DNA of 64,000 nt, taken from Botryllus schlosseri. Taxonomy: Eukaryota. The notes below the pieces were generated by a model, which worked only from the letters and a program-made list of their open reading frames with translations, was not told the DNA's origin and did no database searches. Shown one piece after another: positions 23,562 through 36,700 of this stretch (positions are counted from its first letter, which is position 1; every line of letters starts with the position of its first letter). Where the stretch lies: positions 40,178,001-40,242,000 of the forward strand of contig CM119372.1 in the NCBI GenBank assembly GCA_051294905.1, written 5' to 3'. Made by a program: the position numbers and the translations under genes.

Positions 23562-26500
23562 CACTGAGCTATATAAACACTGGAGTGCGCTACTCGCGAT
23601 ATTTACGTTGTCACTAGAAACAGTTGCATTGTGGGGGATAGGCTGGACGATTTAGTGCAGGAGCTTATGGAAAAACGTCCAGTTCTAAAATATATTTGAT
23701 TCGTATTGGGTTTGTAGTATTTTATACGAATGGAGCTTTGAATGAATAATCATCGTAACATTCAGGATTTATTTCAGCCCAATATCTCGTGTTTATATCT
23801 GTGTTATCGGTGTATTTCGACATGTCGAAGATATAAGTGGTTTCGACTGTTCGTGGTAAAATAAGGTTGTCTATGTGTCATCGTATGTATTTTTTTGTGG
23901 TTATATTCCTGATGTAGATTGCTTTACTCGTTGTATCCAGCATATTTTACGTGTACAGAAATAACCAAGCTGTCAAAAGATGTATAATGCCAGTTCAGTT
24001 ATCTTTCAGATATATGTATCTATAGGAAGTAAAAGCATCTACGATTGTCAGCTTGAAGTTATTATCGGAGCGTGCCTCGGAATTACCTATCCTGGATTCA
24101 AAATCTTCATACTTCAATGGAGCTGATGTGAATGCTATAACTGCCAGCTGTGAATATTGCTGATGGAGAAAATTCAGCATCATGGGACATATCAAAAGGC
24201 ACTGCTGAAATCAACTGAATGCCATTGTGGTTATTCTACGTATTTATTGGTTCAGCGTATTTAAATAAATCCAAAAAAGAGAAAGTAAAGATATGTCTGC
24301 TATGTGTGGCGATGGGGTAGTGATTTCTGTAGAAGTGACTGAATGAGAGAAACAAGAAATGCATGGGTCCTTATTCAGATGTAGCTAGAATTGCCCAATT
24401 CACAGTGAAATTGGGGCTATGTTGGTTGTAACAGCAATCTGTGCACTTTGGGAGTTCATAATAAATATTAATTTTATCGAATCAAAACGGCACAAGATAC
24501 AATCTAAACGGCGTACATGTATTTTATCATAATTACACCTATAGCTACCCATATACGTGTGTACATGAAGCTTGGCTCGTTTTGCACTTTCATGAAACCA
24601 GAAATTAGTTTGGATTCAAAACTAAACTGGAGATGTGAACTGTACTGCCTCGTCACACGAAATACCGCGCTGTACTGTCTCGTACCAAAATGCTGAACTC
24701 TCGTTTTCAGAAACACCAGCTTCGGTTATGAGAAACGAATTTTTCTATTAAAATAACAACATAAAAAATAAAAACAGAAATAAATTAATTGTTATCGACT
24801 TTACGTCGCCTTCGGCGTAATTAACGGTGATCTCAAAGTCAAATGTGGGATAAGTTAGGGCTTAATATCTGCGAACGAGGTATAATAAACGAACCGATTC
24901 TGATCTTAGTTCCAATTTAATGGAATTTCTTCTCTTCTTACGCGGCACAGGCACAGTCACATTGAAGGCCACCCCACTACGGGTCCTACGACGACGACGT
25001 CGTTTTGGGGCACTGTTCAAGATAAATGAACTAACATATGAGAAATTGTTCACCTGAAGACACATTGATAGAATTACTTGGATTTGATGATCGGGTAAAT
25101 ACGGATTAGTAAAACTAGACACAATGTTCCTGTAGGATATATTTGCCCCTAATGCAGAAAGCATTGCGAAGTGACATGAGGGTCCGTCACATGTCAATGA
25201 AGCAACAGTTGCACCCACTTCATTAAGCTTGTTTATGCAAATTCTGACCAAATTTGCTCGTTCCGATCCTGTTAAACCATTAATGAAAAAGTATCCAAGC
25301 GGGATCTTCCAGGATGAATTGATACAAACAGCCATAAAAACTAATGCATCTTTAGCAAGAGGCAAAGAATCATCATCCTCACAGTCAGTACCCATGTCTA
25401 CATATCCTCGGTATCGTTTTCCATCCCAAAAAACCTGTTTGCGGATCGACATTTCATCCATCATTATGGAGCATATTACAGGATTTGCTGATGCCTCTAC
25501 TTTTCCTCTGATGGCAGAAAAGGCAATACTAGTAAAGCCAGGCTCAGCGGGAAGTTTTCCATGCCAGCGTCTTATCACACTTGGATGGGGAAGAGCAAGT
25601 TGAAAATTCCGACGCACAAAATTGTATGCCTTAGTGGAATAATACTGAAGCATCATTGCAAATGATTGCAGTTCCTTAGAGTATTTGACTCCTCTTCCAC
25701 CAGCTTGTAGCTTCATACGTTGCAAGAGCTCACTTGGTAGACCACTGAATTTTTGTGACATTACCTCCACACACGAATCGCTTATCAAATTGTTCTTAAG
25801 AGATGCAATGACCTCATCCAGAGATTTCACTTTTTTTTGCAGACGGTATGTTCTCATTCTGGCTGCAACCAACCTCTTTTTAATTTCTGCGACCCTACGG
25901 CGTTGCTGTTGAACGACTTTTCGAGGAGACGTGTGCGCACAGTAGCTGTGGTCGCGAAGAACTACTTCAGGTTCAGCGGTTTGTGTTTCATAATGCCGTT
26001 TCTTATCTGGAACTGCAGAAGGTCTCACTCGTCGGTTGTTTGAAGCCTGAAATTTGTGAATTTTATGTTAACTAGGGCTAAAATAAAGGTAAGTAATTGG
26101 AACTCAAACTTCATAAATATATAGTCACTGTCTAGTGTCTACCGTACCTTTGGCCTCATATATTTTGGAAAATTCAGAAATCTTGTCGGCACCGCATTCG
26201 TCCTTAAACGAATTCTCCCGCCGACACGGTAAATATCACTTTCTGAAAAATGATCAGAACAGATGACCGACGATCTTGCTGGCTCCCAGTCTTTTCTTCT
26301 AATACATTCTATCCATCTTTCTTTCAGGGAATCATTGGTAGGAAAGCTGCGTTGTAGAGAACATTGTATCAGTTCACAAGTAATTCTATGATACGAAGCA
26401 CACCAAATTGACCATTTTTTGTTATGAACGATGATAAAAGTAGCAGGAACATATGTGAAATTATCTTGTTTGATTTAGATATATCTGTTACTTTCTACCC

Positions 26501-27498
26501 CAGAAGGATAAACTATTAGGTAACCTTTTAAATCCAAAGCCAAAGGTTAACCTAAAAAAAACATCTTACAAGACAAATCGAACGTCTCGTACGCACAAAG
26601 CTATAATGAACTCGACCACGGAATTAGCAATTTGAACTTTAGTGTGAGCATCTGGCACCAGAAATATAGAGTTATTACTCAACTATGCTGGACAAAACCG
26701 TGTGGCCCTCAATTATACCTTTCCTTCTAGTCCTACCTCCAACCTTCACGACAATTTTAAGCAAGGATTGAGTACTAAGCTAGTTATTGGCTGAACTGCC
26801 CATACAGAATACAAACAGTGACCTGGCTGGTCATGCTATTACAGGTATACTGATGAACTGACATGGTGCTGAGACTGCTGATATAGTCTGCTCTGATCAT
26901 ACCAACATCATTATACTTGTGACAAAATGTTCTGGTATAATGACACTTTAACATGGCCTATTCATTAATGCTGTGGCTTCTCTGGACATTGATTAACTGT
27001 GATGGTCAGGAAATATTAAAAATAGAAACTGATTCTTCAAAGATAGTCTTGCTGCCCTGCATATTCTGCCATTCACTCACCGGTGAAATGTTCTTGGATG
27101 CCGACGCTTTACCAAAGACTCTTCATCGCTACTACCATCGCTATTACTTCTCATATATGACTCCGTGGATATCTTTTTCTGCCTTTTACTGCACCCATAG
27201 GCGCAACAAACGCTACCACCAAAACGAGATGTCTTCGACATGTCGAAATACACAGATAACACAGATATAAACACGAGATATTGGGCTGAAACAAATCCTG
27301 AATGTTACGATGATTATTCATTCAAAGCTCCATTCGTATAAAATACTACAAACCCAATACGAATCAAATATATTTTAAAACTGGACGTTTTTCCATAAGC
27401 GCCTGTACTAAGTCGTCCAGCCTATCCCCCACAATGCAACTGTAACATGGTGACAACGCAAATTTGCTTAGCCGGAGATGGCAGTAGTTCGGGGCTTG
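23562..27498 (-). mobile_element. P-element/THAP9-like transposon copy A (3,937 bp), inserted in the left end of copy B
   Basis: Perfect 8-bp TSD TTTAGTAC (23554-23561/27499-27506). ~230-bp subterminal inverted repeats (~23601-23832 / ~27230-27463). Confidence 0.9.
24862..27241 (-). CDS. THAP9/P-type transposase, 3 exons (27241-27081, 26346-26148, 26046-24862), C-terminally truncated
   Basis: Spliced THAP domain (CCAYGC..FHR|FP..RWI..ICSDHF..AVPT) with GT-AG introns in frame. Then a coiled coil, LALPHPSVIR, MMDEM and TCDG. Transposase-like sequence stops near DHQIQVIL, and the ORF ends in a basic tail. Confidence 0.85.
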
Positions 27499-29115
27499 TT
27501 TAGTACAGGTGCTCATGGAAAAGCATACAGTGTTTAAATATATTTGATTCATAATGGGTCTGTAGTATTTTATACGAATGGAGCTTTGAATGAATAATCA
27601 TCGTAACATTCAGGATTTGTTTCAGCCCAACATCTCGTGTTTATATCGGTGTTATCTGTGCAGTTCGACATGTCGAAGATATAAGTGGTTTCGATTGTTC
27701 GTGGTAAAATAATGTTGTCTATGTGTCATCGTATGTATTTATTTGTGGTTATATTCCTGATGTAGATTGCTTTACTCGTTGTATGCAGCTAAATAAACGT
27801 ACTTATGTTCAGAAATTGCTATGGTCGTTCAGTGCCTTTATCACAATTACTTGGATAAGGTGATTGCCATGGCATTGACAATTTGACTTGGGTATGACAC
27901 CGTTTATCCTGAGGGAGTTTTCTGATGCTGTCTTCTTACTCCTTACCTTCAGTTTCAGGTCACCGTATATGCAATGATACAAATACACATTGCAGTTTGC
28001 TTTTATTACTAATGTTGGATAGCAACAAACTGGCATATTTTACGTGTGCAGAAATAACCAAGCTGTCAAAAGATGTATAATGCCAGTTCAGTTATCTTTC
28101 AGATATATGTATCTATAGGAAGTAAGAGCATTTACGATTGCCAGCTTGAAGTTATTATCGGAGCGTGCCTCGGAATTACCTATCCTGGATTCAAAATCTT
28201 CATACTGCAATGCAGCTGATGTGAATGCTGTAACTGCCAGCTACGTGGTGGCTGTGAATATTGCTGATGGAGAAAATTCAGCATCATGGGACATATCAGA
28301 AGGCACTGCTGAAATCAATTGAATGCCATTGTGGTTATTCTACGTCTTCATTGTTTCAGTGTATTTAAATAAATCCAAAAAAGAGAAAGTAAAGATATGT
28401 CTGCTATGTGTAGCGACAGGGTAGTGATTTCTGCAGAAGTGACTGAATGAGTTCATTGAATGAGAGAAACAACCCAGTAAACACAGTACAGACCAAAGAT
28501 GTAGAAAGCCGAGCCCGATATAGTAGATATTAGATCTCGGCAGGTCGTAGAAAGGGGGATTTTGTGTCGACTCAATTCAATGTCTTTTCCATGTTCTTCA
28601 ATAATGTAAATATTATGCAGATGCTACAGCCTTTAAACATGGTGAGTAGAATGTAGATCCTACATTAGAAGAAGATCCTGATATAATAACCTGTTTTCTA
28701 CCACTGGGCATAACCTGATCACGGCTGCGTACACACACCACATTATCTACTACATAATAATCACATTTGTGTTAATTTAATTGTAAACGAATTGGCAATA
28801 ATGCCATTGTAAAAAATGAAATGAACAAACGAATGAATGCCCGAAGAAAGAAACTGAAAACAGTCCGTATCATCAGGTTTCATCTTCTGATGAGCTGGAT
28901 AAATAACCCTGCGGCCTTTTCTTTTCAACATCCTGCAGAAATAAAATGAAAATGACGATTAATAGCTAAGACATTCGTACTGCGAAAATGGCAGAGGTAG
29001 CGAGTAACGAATGACTCCTACATTTTCTTCGCCCATACTTACTAAAATGGATTTGATTCTGAACTATTTCCACTCAAGTTTTCAAGTTTTATTATTATAT
29101 TTTTTAATATTATAT

Positions 29116-29431
29116 GACTAGAGAACTGACTTCAATCGCCACTTCTACTTGATTATCAAGATCAACGATGACTACTTCAGCACTCTTTGAAAACAGCCAC
29201 TAACACAAAAAGAATTCTTGACTAGAGAACTGACTTCAATCGCCACTTCTACTTGTTTATCAAGATCAACGATGACTACTTCAGCAATCTTTGAAAACAG
29301 CCACTAACACAAAAAGAATTCTTGACTAGAGAACTGACTTCAATCGCCACTTCTACTTGATTATCAAGATCAACGATGACTACTTCAGCAATCTTTGAAA
29401 ACAGCCACTAACACAAAAAGAATTCTTGACT
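29116..29431 (+). repeat. Tandem repeat, 3 x 104 bp
   Basis: gactagagaactgacttcaatcgccacttc... starts at 29116, 29220 and 29324. Confidence 0.92.
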
Positions 29432-31290
29432 AAAATTTCTTCACATTCTGTCAGAAATGATCAATTCAACAATCCAAATGAATCAGTTATTTGGCAGCTA
29501 GTTGGAGAGATACATACTCAAGTCTAGAAAGTGGAATGATACTCTGCCTGGAAAGCTGAAGACCTAACAATATTGTGTACAGAGAACAAAACATTTGAGT
29601 GGCGGCACTGGTATAGATATTAACAAATTATCAGAATTGACAGCAAGATAACCAGCAAGACATTAAAATGAGAATTAGTGCAGTTTCTTAGGCTGTAGTG
29701 ATACTCAGCCAGTAATTGACCTAGCAGAGAGCAAAACGTTGTAAAAAAAAGCGAGCGAAACCTCCGACAAATAATACGATAAAACATTAGAATCGACAGT
29801 CTTACTAGAAGCAGAATAACAATCATGAGGGGTTAGAGAACAGAAGCCCGGGAAGTGACCATCAGAAATTACTGCATACTGGCCGAACAAATCCATGACC
29901 ACTAACAAATGGTCTTTTAATAGTCAATATTGATACCAAATGACACCACTCCTATTTCACCGCAACATTTAGCAAATACAGCGCTGGAGTCAACCTTATA
30001 AAGCGCTAACCAAACGCCCATTAGTTTTCCCACCTACTACTTCGCGCTTCGCGGATGGAAATACGCATTAAAGCGAATGGACGCGACTTGTCACACTCTT
30101 GCTATTTCTGCTCCCTTTTTCTCTTCCTTCCTCTTGAGGAGAGAAACAGTCGGCCGCGTTTACGGATCGTGAATTCCCGGCTTAAGGGTGATTCTTCCTC
30201 CAATGGTCAGCACCTTGAAAACTGAGAACAATGTTGTTGCAAAATGCATGACAATTTGAAAGTTACATCATTCTAATTATTCCAGTTATGGCCGTGAATC
30301 GTTACAAGTGCGGTAACCATAAGAATTATTACTATACTTCAACTACAAATACAATATATTGTATAAAATAATTACTAATTCTTTTACGTTGATCGAGTCC
30401 CAAATGGATGAAATATGTCAAAGAATTTGCTAAATTTTTTTGTATAATTTGACAGATTCCGAATTCTTCTCAAAGTGCACCTTTCAAAAATTTGATATCA
30501 AGACTCCCAACATTTTACAATTCGAAGTTGGATGGCTTAACCAATACAAGCGAACAGTTTGTATCGCAATTGACAATTATGTAGAGAACGCTGCGAGACA
30601 TGTGAGTAGGCCTACCCTAAAACGTTTCTGACATGGACATTAAGGCTCTTAAAAAATGACTTTTTTTCTCAAATCGTTCTGGCTACTTGATAAAATTGTT
30701 AGGTTACCTAATTCAAGCCTACACACCAAATTTGGTTCAATTCCAACCAGTAACCGCATTGCTACAGGAAAAGAAACTTTCTATTTATTATATAAAAATA
30801 AATAGAGAAAATTTGAAAATTTTCTGTTCACCCCATGAAAGTGTTAGGTTATGTATAGAAACGATGTTCATCAAATTTGGTTCGATTCAAACAAGTGGAA
30901 GCGGAGTTATTGCCATCGAAAAATTCGGATTTTAATAAAATAGTATTTACGGTGGGCACCACTATAATAAATAATTAAAGAATTGTGTCACGCTGTCATA
31001 CTGTTTTACGCAACCGTTGTTATGCACTGCATTGTTGCTGTGTTCTGGCTCCATTGATGTTATTTCTAAATTCGACATTAATGCGTCATAATTCTCCATC
31101 TGGTTTTGAATTCAACTCTGTTTTGCTTCCTTTATCGTGCCGGTAGCTCTTTAATAGGCACGCGAAAAGTTCTTCGGGTTTCAATAACGTTTATCATGAA
31201 CGTACTTTTGAAAGCAGTATTACAATTTTGTACCACCAACCAGTTATTTAATTACTATTTATCTTCAAAGTAAATGCTCATTGCATGAAG

Positions 31291-31777
31291 CAGGGTTGTA
31301 AGACTCGAGTCAGGATTTTCTGTTGACTCGACTTGACTCAGGTCATCTTCTCAAAGTACTGAAATGACTCGACTCATTGCGCATGACTTGAGACTCAGAC
31401 GGCCAAGACCGACATTTCATGATTATTTCAAAGAATAGTACAGCAAATCGCTATTGGGATTTCGTCTATTGATACTGGTATTTGAAAATGCGGCCAGAAA
31501 CTGCTAAAAGCAAGGAAAATTCGTATATTAAAAATGCGACCCACTCGATATCACAAAAAATATATAAAAATTTGGTTTAACAAGACTTAAATTGGAAACT
31601 GAGCAGCTAACACAATGACTCTGGCTCGAGTCATAATACCATAACTCGGACTCGGCCCTCTGCTCGCTGACTTGGACTCGGACTTGACTCAGTGGTGAAT
31701 AAAAAATGACTCGAGTCAAAACTATAAAAGTGAGATTGACTTGCGACTCGGAGCCTTGTGACTTGGTTACAACCCTG
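31291..31777. mobile_element. hAT MITE with GACTCG/GACTTG repeats
   Basis: CAGGGTTGTAA TIRs and a perfect TSD GCATGAAG (31283-31290/31778-31785). Confidence 0.9.
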
Positions 31778-32649
31778 GCATGAAGCCTCAATAGTTACTT
31801 GAGTGGGGTGACTAGACAAAGAACACAGTGACATTTGCAGCATATCATGAATGTCTCTTACTATATGTGATCTTGTTCAAATGGAGGTTGATGAAAGCGT
31901 ATTTCCCATTCTTTCCGACTCTGCTATAATTTCACCAGACTGGCAACCTTCTTCATGATGCTTTTCGCTGACTGACCAATATTGTCGCCGCCAACGGTAC
32001 GAGTGCAAATGTCTGATATGTCAATATAGGAACAGAATTAGTTGACTGTTCATGACCGTCCACGTTCAGAGTTGCATTTCAAAGATGCTAAAATAAGCCT
32101 AAATATAATCCAAGCAATACGATCGTCCACTTTGACTGACTGAATTTCTAAAAATAATAAACATGACACCTTGATAGCTTCCACATCTTACGTTTATATA
32201 TACCGTCTGCTATCGGCAAGCATTTGAAAATAACAAAACAGATTCAACATACCACATCTCTTGCAAAGGCTTTTGCTTTCATTCAATATGTCATCAAACT
32301 TCTTTAAATCCTCCTTTGTGGTGAGTGGCTTCGTTTTATCATATACAATCTATGGTGGAATAAAAGTTTCGGATAAGTTCTAAAGCGAACACAATTTTCC
32401 ACACAAAAGTCAATTGCCACACGAAATGCCAAATGCTACGGTCCCATTTTACAAGGTATGGCGAAGTAACGTAGTGGTACCCTCCATTATAGCTAAACAC
32501 CAATGAATTGCGGGTTCGAGCCTGACACGTCGACTCCATAATTCCTACCGAAGTGTTGGCCGTTTATCTAGGCTCCTCCTCGCCATCTGATCCGCATAGC
32601 CATGTCTTAAAAAGCCTAGCAGTGGGCCGTGCTATAAGTGGGCAGATGG

Positions 32650-33500
32650 TTGCCGATGAACTCGGCACTTGGTGAATTCGGCCCTCGGGAAATTTTGTAA
32701 TGAAGTGTATTAACAGCTATTAATATGAATTATTAAACTAATAATAGTATTATCAAGTGATTCGTAAATCTTGTAAGGAGGTCAGGGAATCCGTAGATCA
32801 CGCAGTCACGGCGTGATTAGATCACGGATTGCGTAGCCGCGGGAAATAACGCAACGCTCATATACCGACCACGCGCGGTCTGCTTGGAATCGATGGCGTG
32901 AGTGACGGGCCTGTGTCGTGTAAGTTTTGAGAAGATGGATCTTGGCGTTGTATGTGAGATCGAAACTGTGGAAGATCAAGCGGCGCTTCTTCGTTTATCG
33001 ATCACGACAAGCCAGTGTTCCTCATGAACAAATGTTTCGCATGATCACGTCAAAATATTTTATTTTTTGCCTTTGAAGAGACGATTCCACTCTGGGGTGA
33101 GGGTGTCTCGATAACAGGGTTGAAGGATCCCAAGATTACGAGATCTAACGCGAGCCACGACACGTTTAAATTTCCTTTTTGATACTGTTCATTCATATTA
33201 AATGCATTTCTAATGCGAAGGTGTTCTAGTGCCAATTCCTCCAAGGGCCGAGTTCACCAAGTGAAGAGCGTCGCGTTATTTCCCGCGATTACGCAATCTG
33301 TGATCTAATCACGCCGTGACTGTGTGATCTACGCATGCCCTGACCCCCGTACAACATTGACAACCACTCAAAGTGCCAAGTTCATCGGCAAACATTCCAG
33401 TTACCAATCATGGTGACCGGTACCGCTACGAGATCTACCACGGCCGAATTCACCAAGTGCCGAGTTTGTGCGGCCGAATTCAATAAGAACCGAGTTCACT
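32650..33500. mobile_element. Probable MITE-like element with internal inverted repeats; boundaries approximate
   Basis: 32775-32860 is inverted at 33265-33355. ttgccgatgaact(c/t)ggcactt occurs at 32650 and inverted at ~33372. Repeated ggccga(a/g)ttcac motifs. Confidence 0.5.
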
Positions 33501-33757
33501 GGTAATCGGGCAGATACGGAATGATAATAATAAGAACCGGCCTGGTGTAAAATGACCAGTGTAGTCGAACCACCACCATGAACACCACAAACAAACAAAC
33601 ATCTAACATGAAAAAGAAATTACCTTTACAGCCTCTGACAAACACAGTTACCATTGAAATCAGCAATTTAGGTCTTATTCGAAAGCAGAATAACAGCTGT
33701 TTTAGCGGACATATCAAATCAAATGTTGGATAGTTCATGTAAATTAGCCCAAAATAT

Positions 33758-36700
33758 GAGGAAGGTTGGTTCGATTGGTTTGAAATAAGGACAGATTTGT
33801 TTGAAATGAGGAGAGTCTCATGTTTGAAATGAGGATAGTCATGTCAGAAATAAGGATAGTCATGTTTGAAATGAGGATAGTCGCTATATTCACTATAAAG
33901 TCAGTTACAGTACCAGGCACGACTTCCCAGTGGTAACCCAGTCCGAACACATCCCAGACATGATGTAAGAACACGCCCCAGACACGATGTCCGATTGGCA
34001 GCACAGGCCGAACACACCCCAGACATGATGTTCAAACACGCGCCAGACACGATGTACCAGTGTCAATACAGGCCCAACACGCCCAAGACACCATATATGA
34101 AGGGCAACACAGACCGAACACGCCCCAGACACCATGTCCGAGTGTCAACTCAGATCCGAAAACAACCCGGACACCATGCTTGAATGGCCGAACATGCCCC
34201 AGACACCATGTCCGAATGGCAACACAGGCCGAACACACCCCAGATATGATGTCCAAACACACCCCAGACACGATGCCCGAGTATCAACACAGGCCGAACA
34301 CGCCCAAGACACCATGTCCGAATGGCAACACGGACCGAACACGCCCCAGACACGATGTCCGATTGGCAGCACAGGCCGAACACACCACAGACATGATGTC
34401 CAAATACGTCCCAGACACGAAGTCCGATTGGCAGCACAGGCCGAACACACCCCAGACATGATGTTCAAACACGCGCCAGACACGATGTACGAGTGTCGAT
34501 ACAGGCCTAACACGCCCAAGACACCATGTCTGAATGGCAACACAGACCGAACACGCCTCAGACACCATGTCTTAGTGTCAACTCAGATCCGAAAACCACC
34601 CAGACACCGTGTTTGAATGACCGAACATGCCCCAGACACGATGTCCGATTGGCAGCACAGGCCGAACACACCCCAGACACGATGTCCGATTGGAAGCACA
34701 GGCCGAACACACCCCTGACATAATGTCCAAACACGCGCAAGCCACGATGTCCGAGTGTCAATACTGGCCTAACACGCCCAAGACACCATGTGTGAATGAC
34801 AACACAGACCGAGCACGCCCGAGACACAATGTCCGAGTGTCAACTCTGTCCGAACACAACCCAGATACCATGTTTGAATGGCCGAACACGCTCCAGACAC
34901 GATGTCCGATTGGCAGCACAGGCCGAACACACCCCGGACATGTTGTCCAAACACGCCTCAGACAAGATGTCCGAGTATCAACACAGGCCAAACACGCCCA
35001 AGACACCATGTCCGAATGACAATACAGACCGAACACGCCCCAGACACGATATCCGAGTGTCAACTCAGTCCGAACACAACCCAAACACCATGTTTTAATG
35101 GCCGAACCCGCCCCAGACACGATATCCGATTGGAAGCACATGCCGAACACACCCCAGACATGATGTCCAAACACGCCCCAGACACGATGTCCAATTGCCA
35201 GCACAGGCCGAACACACCCCTGACATGATGTCCAAACACGCGCCAGACACGATGTCCGAGTGTCAACACAGGCCGACACGCCCCAGACATAATGTCTGAA
35301 TGGCAGCACATGCCGAACACAACCCAGACATGATGTCGGAACACGCCCAGAAACGATGTGCGATTGGCAACACAGTCCCAACCCCCCCCCCCAACCCCCA
35401 GACACGATGATAATAAGGTTGGTCATGTTTGAAATAAGGTCAGTGTCGTGTTTGAAATAAGGATAGTCATGTTAGAAATGAGGATAGTCATGTTTGATAT
35501 AAGGATAGTCATGTTTGAAATAAGGTTAGTCTCATGTTTCAAATGAGGATAGTCATGTTAGAAATGAGGATAGTCATGTTTGAAATAAGGATAGTCGCTA
35601 TATATTCACTATGAGGTCAGTTGTAGTACCAGGCACGATTTCCCAGTGGTAACCCAGTCCGAACACATCCCAGATCTTGTCCGAACACATCCCAGACATG
35701 ATGTCCGAACTCGCCGCAGACACAATGTCCGAGTGTCAACCCAGTCCGAACACAACCCAGACACCATGTTTGAATGGCAGATCTCGACCCAGACATGATA
35801 TCCGAACACGCGCCAGACACGATGTCCGAGTATCAACACAGGCCGAACACGCCCAAGACACCATGTCCGAATGACAACACAGACCGAACACGCCCCACAC
35901 ACGATATCTGATTGGCAACACAGGCCGAACACACCCCGGACATGATGTCCGAACACGCTCCAGACACGATGTCCGAGTGTCAACATAGGCCTAACACGCC
36001 CAAGACACCATGTCTGAATGGCAACACAGACCGAACACGCTCCAGACACGATGTCCGATGAGTGTCAACTCAGTGCGAACACAACCCAGACACCATGTTT
36101 GAATGGCCGATCTCACCCCGTTACATGATGTCCGACCACGCACCAGACACGCCGAAGACACCATGTCCGAATGACAACACAGACCCAACACGCTCCAGAC
36201 ACGATGTCCGATGAGTGTCAACTCAGTGCGAACACAACCCAGACACCATGTTTGAATGGCCGATCTCACCCCTGACATAATGTCCGACCACGCCCCAGAC
36301 ACGCCGAAGACACCATGTCCGAATGACAACACAGACCCAACACGCCCCAGACACGATGTCTGATTGGCAACACAGGCCGAACAAACCCCGGACATGATGT
36401 CGGAACACGATCCAGACACGATGTCCGAGTGTCAAGACAGGCCTAACACGCCCAAGACACCATGTCTGAATGGCAACACAGACCGAGCACGCTCCAGACA
36501 CAATGTCCGAGTGTCAACTCAGTCCGAACACAACCCAGATACCATGTTTGAATGGCCGAACACGCCCCAGACACGATGTCCGATAGGCAGCACAGGCCGA
36601 ACACACCCCAGACATGATGTCCAAACATGCCTCAGACACGATGTCCGAGTATCAACACAGGCCGAACACGCCCAAGACACCATGTCCGATAGGCAGCACA

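Noticed and set aside
24862..26028. Domesticated host THAP9 gene
   Set aside because: It lies between transposon ends with a perfect TSD, has a close degenerate copy nearby and lacks the C-terminal half, so no gene symbol was given.
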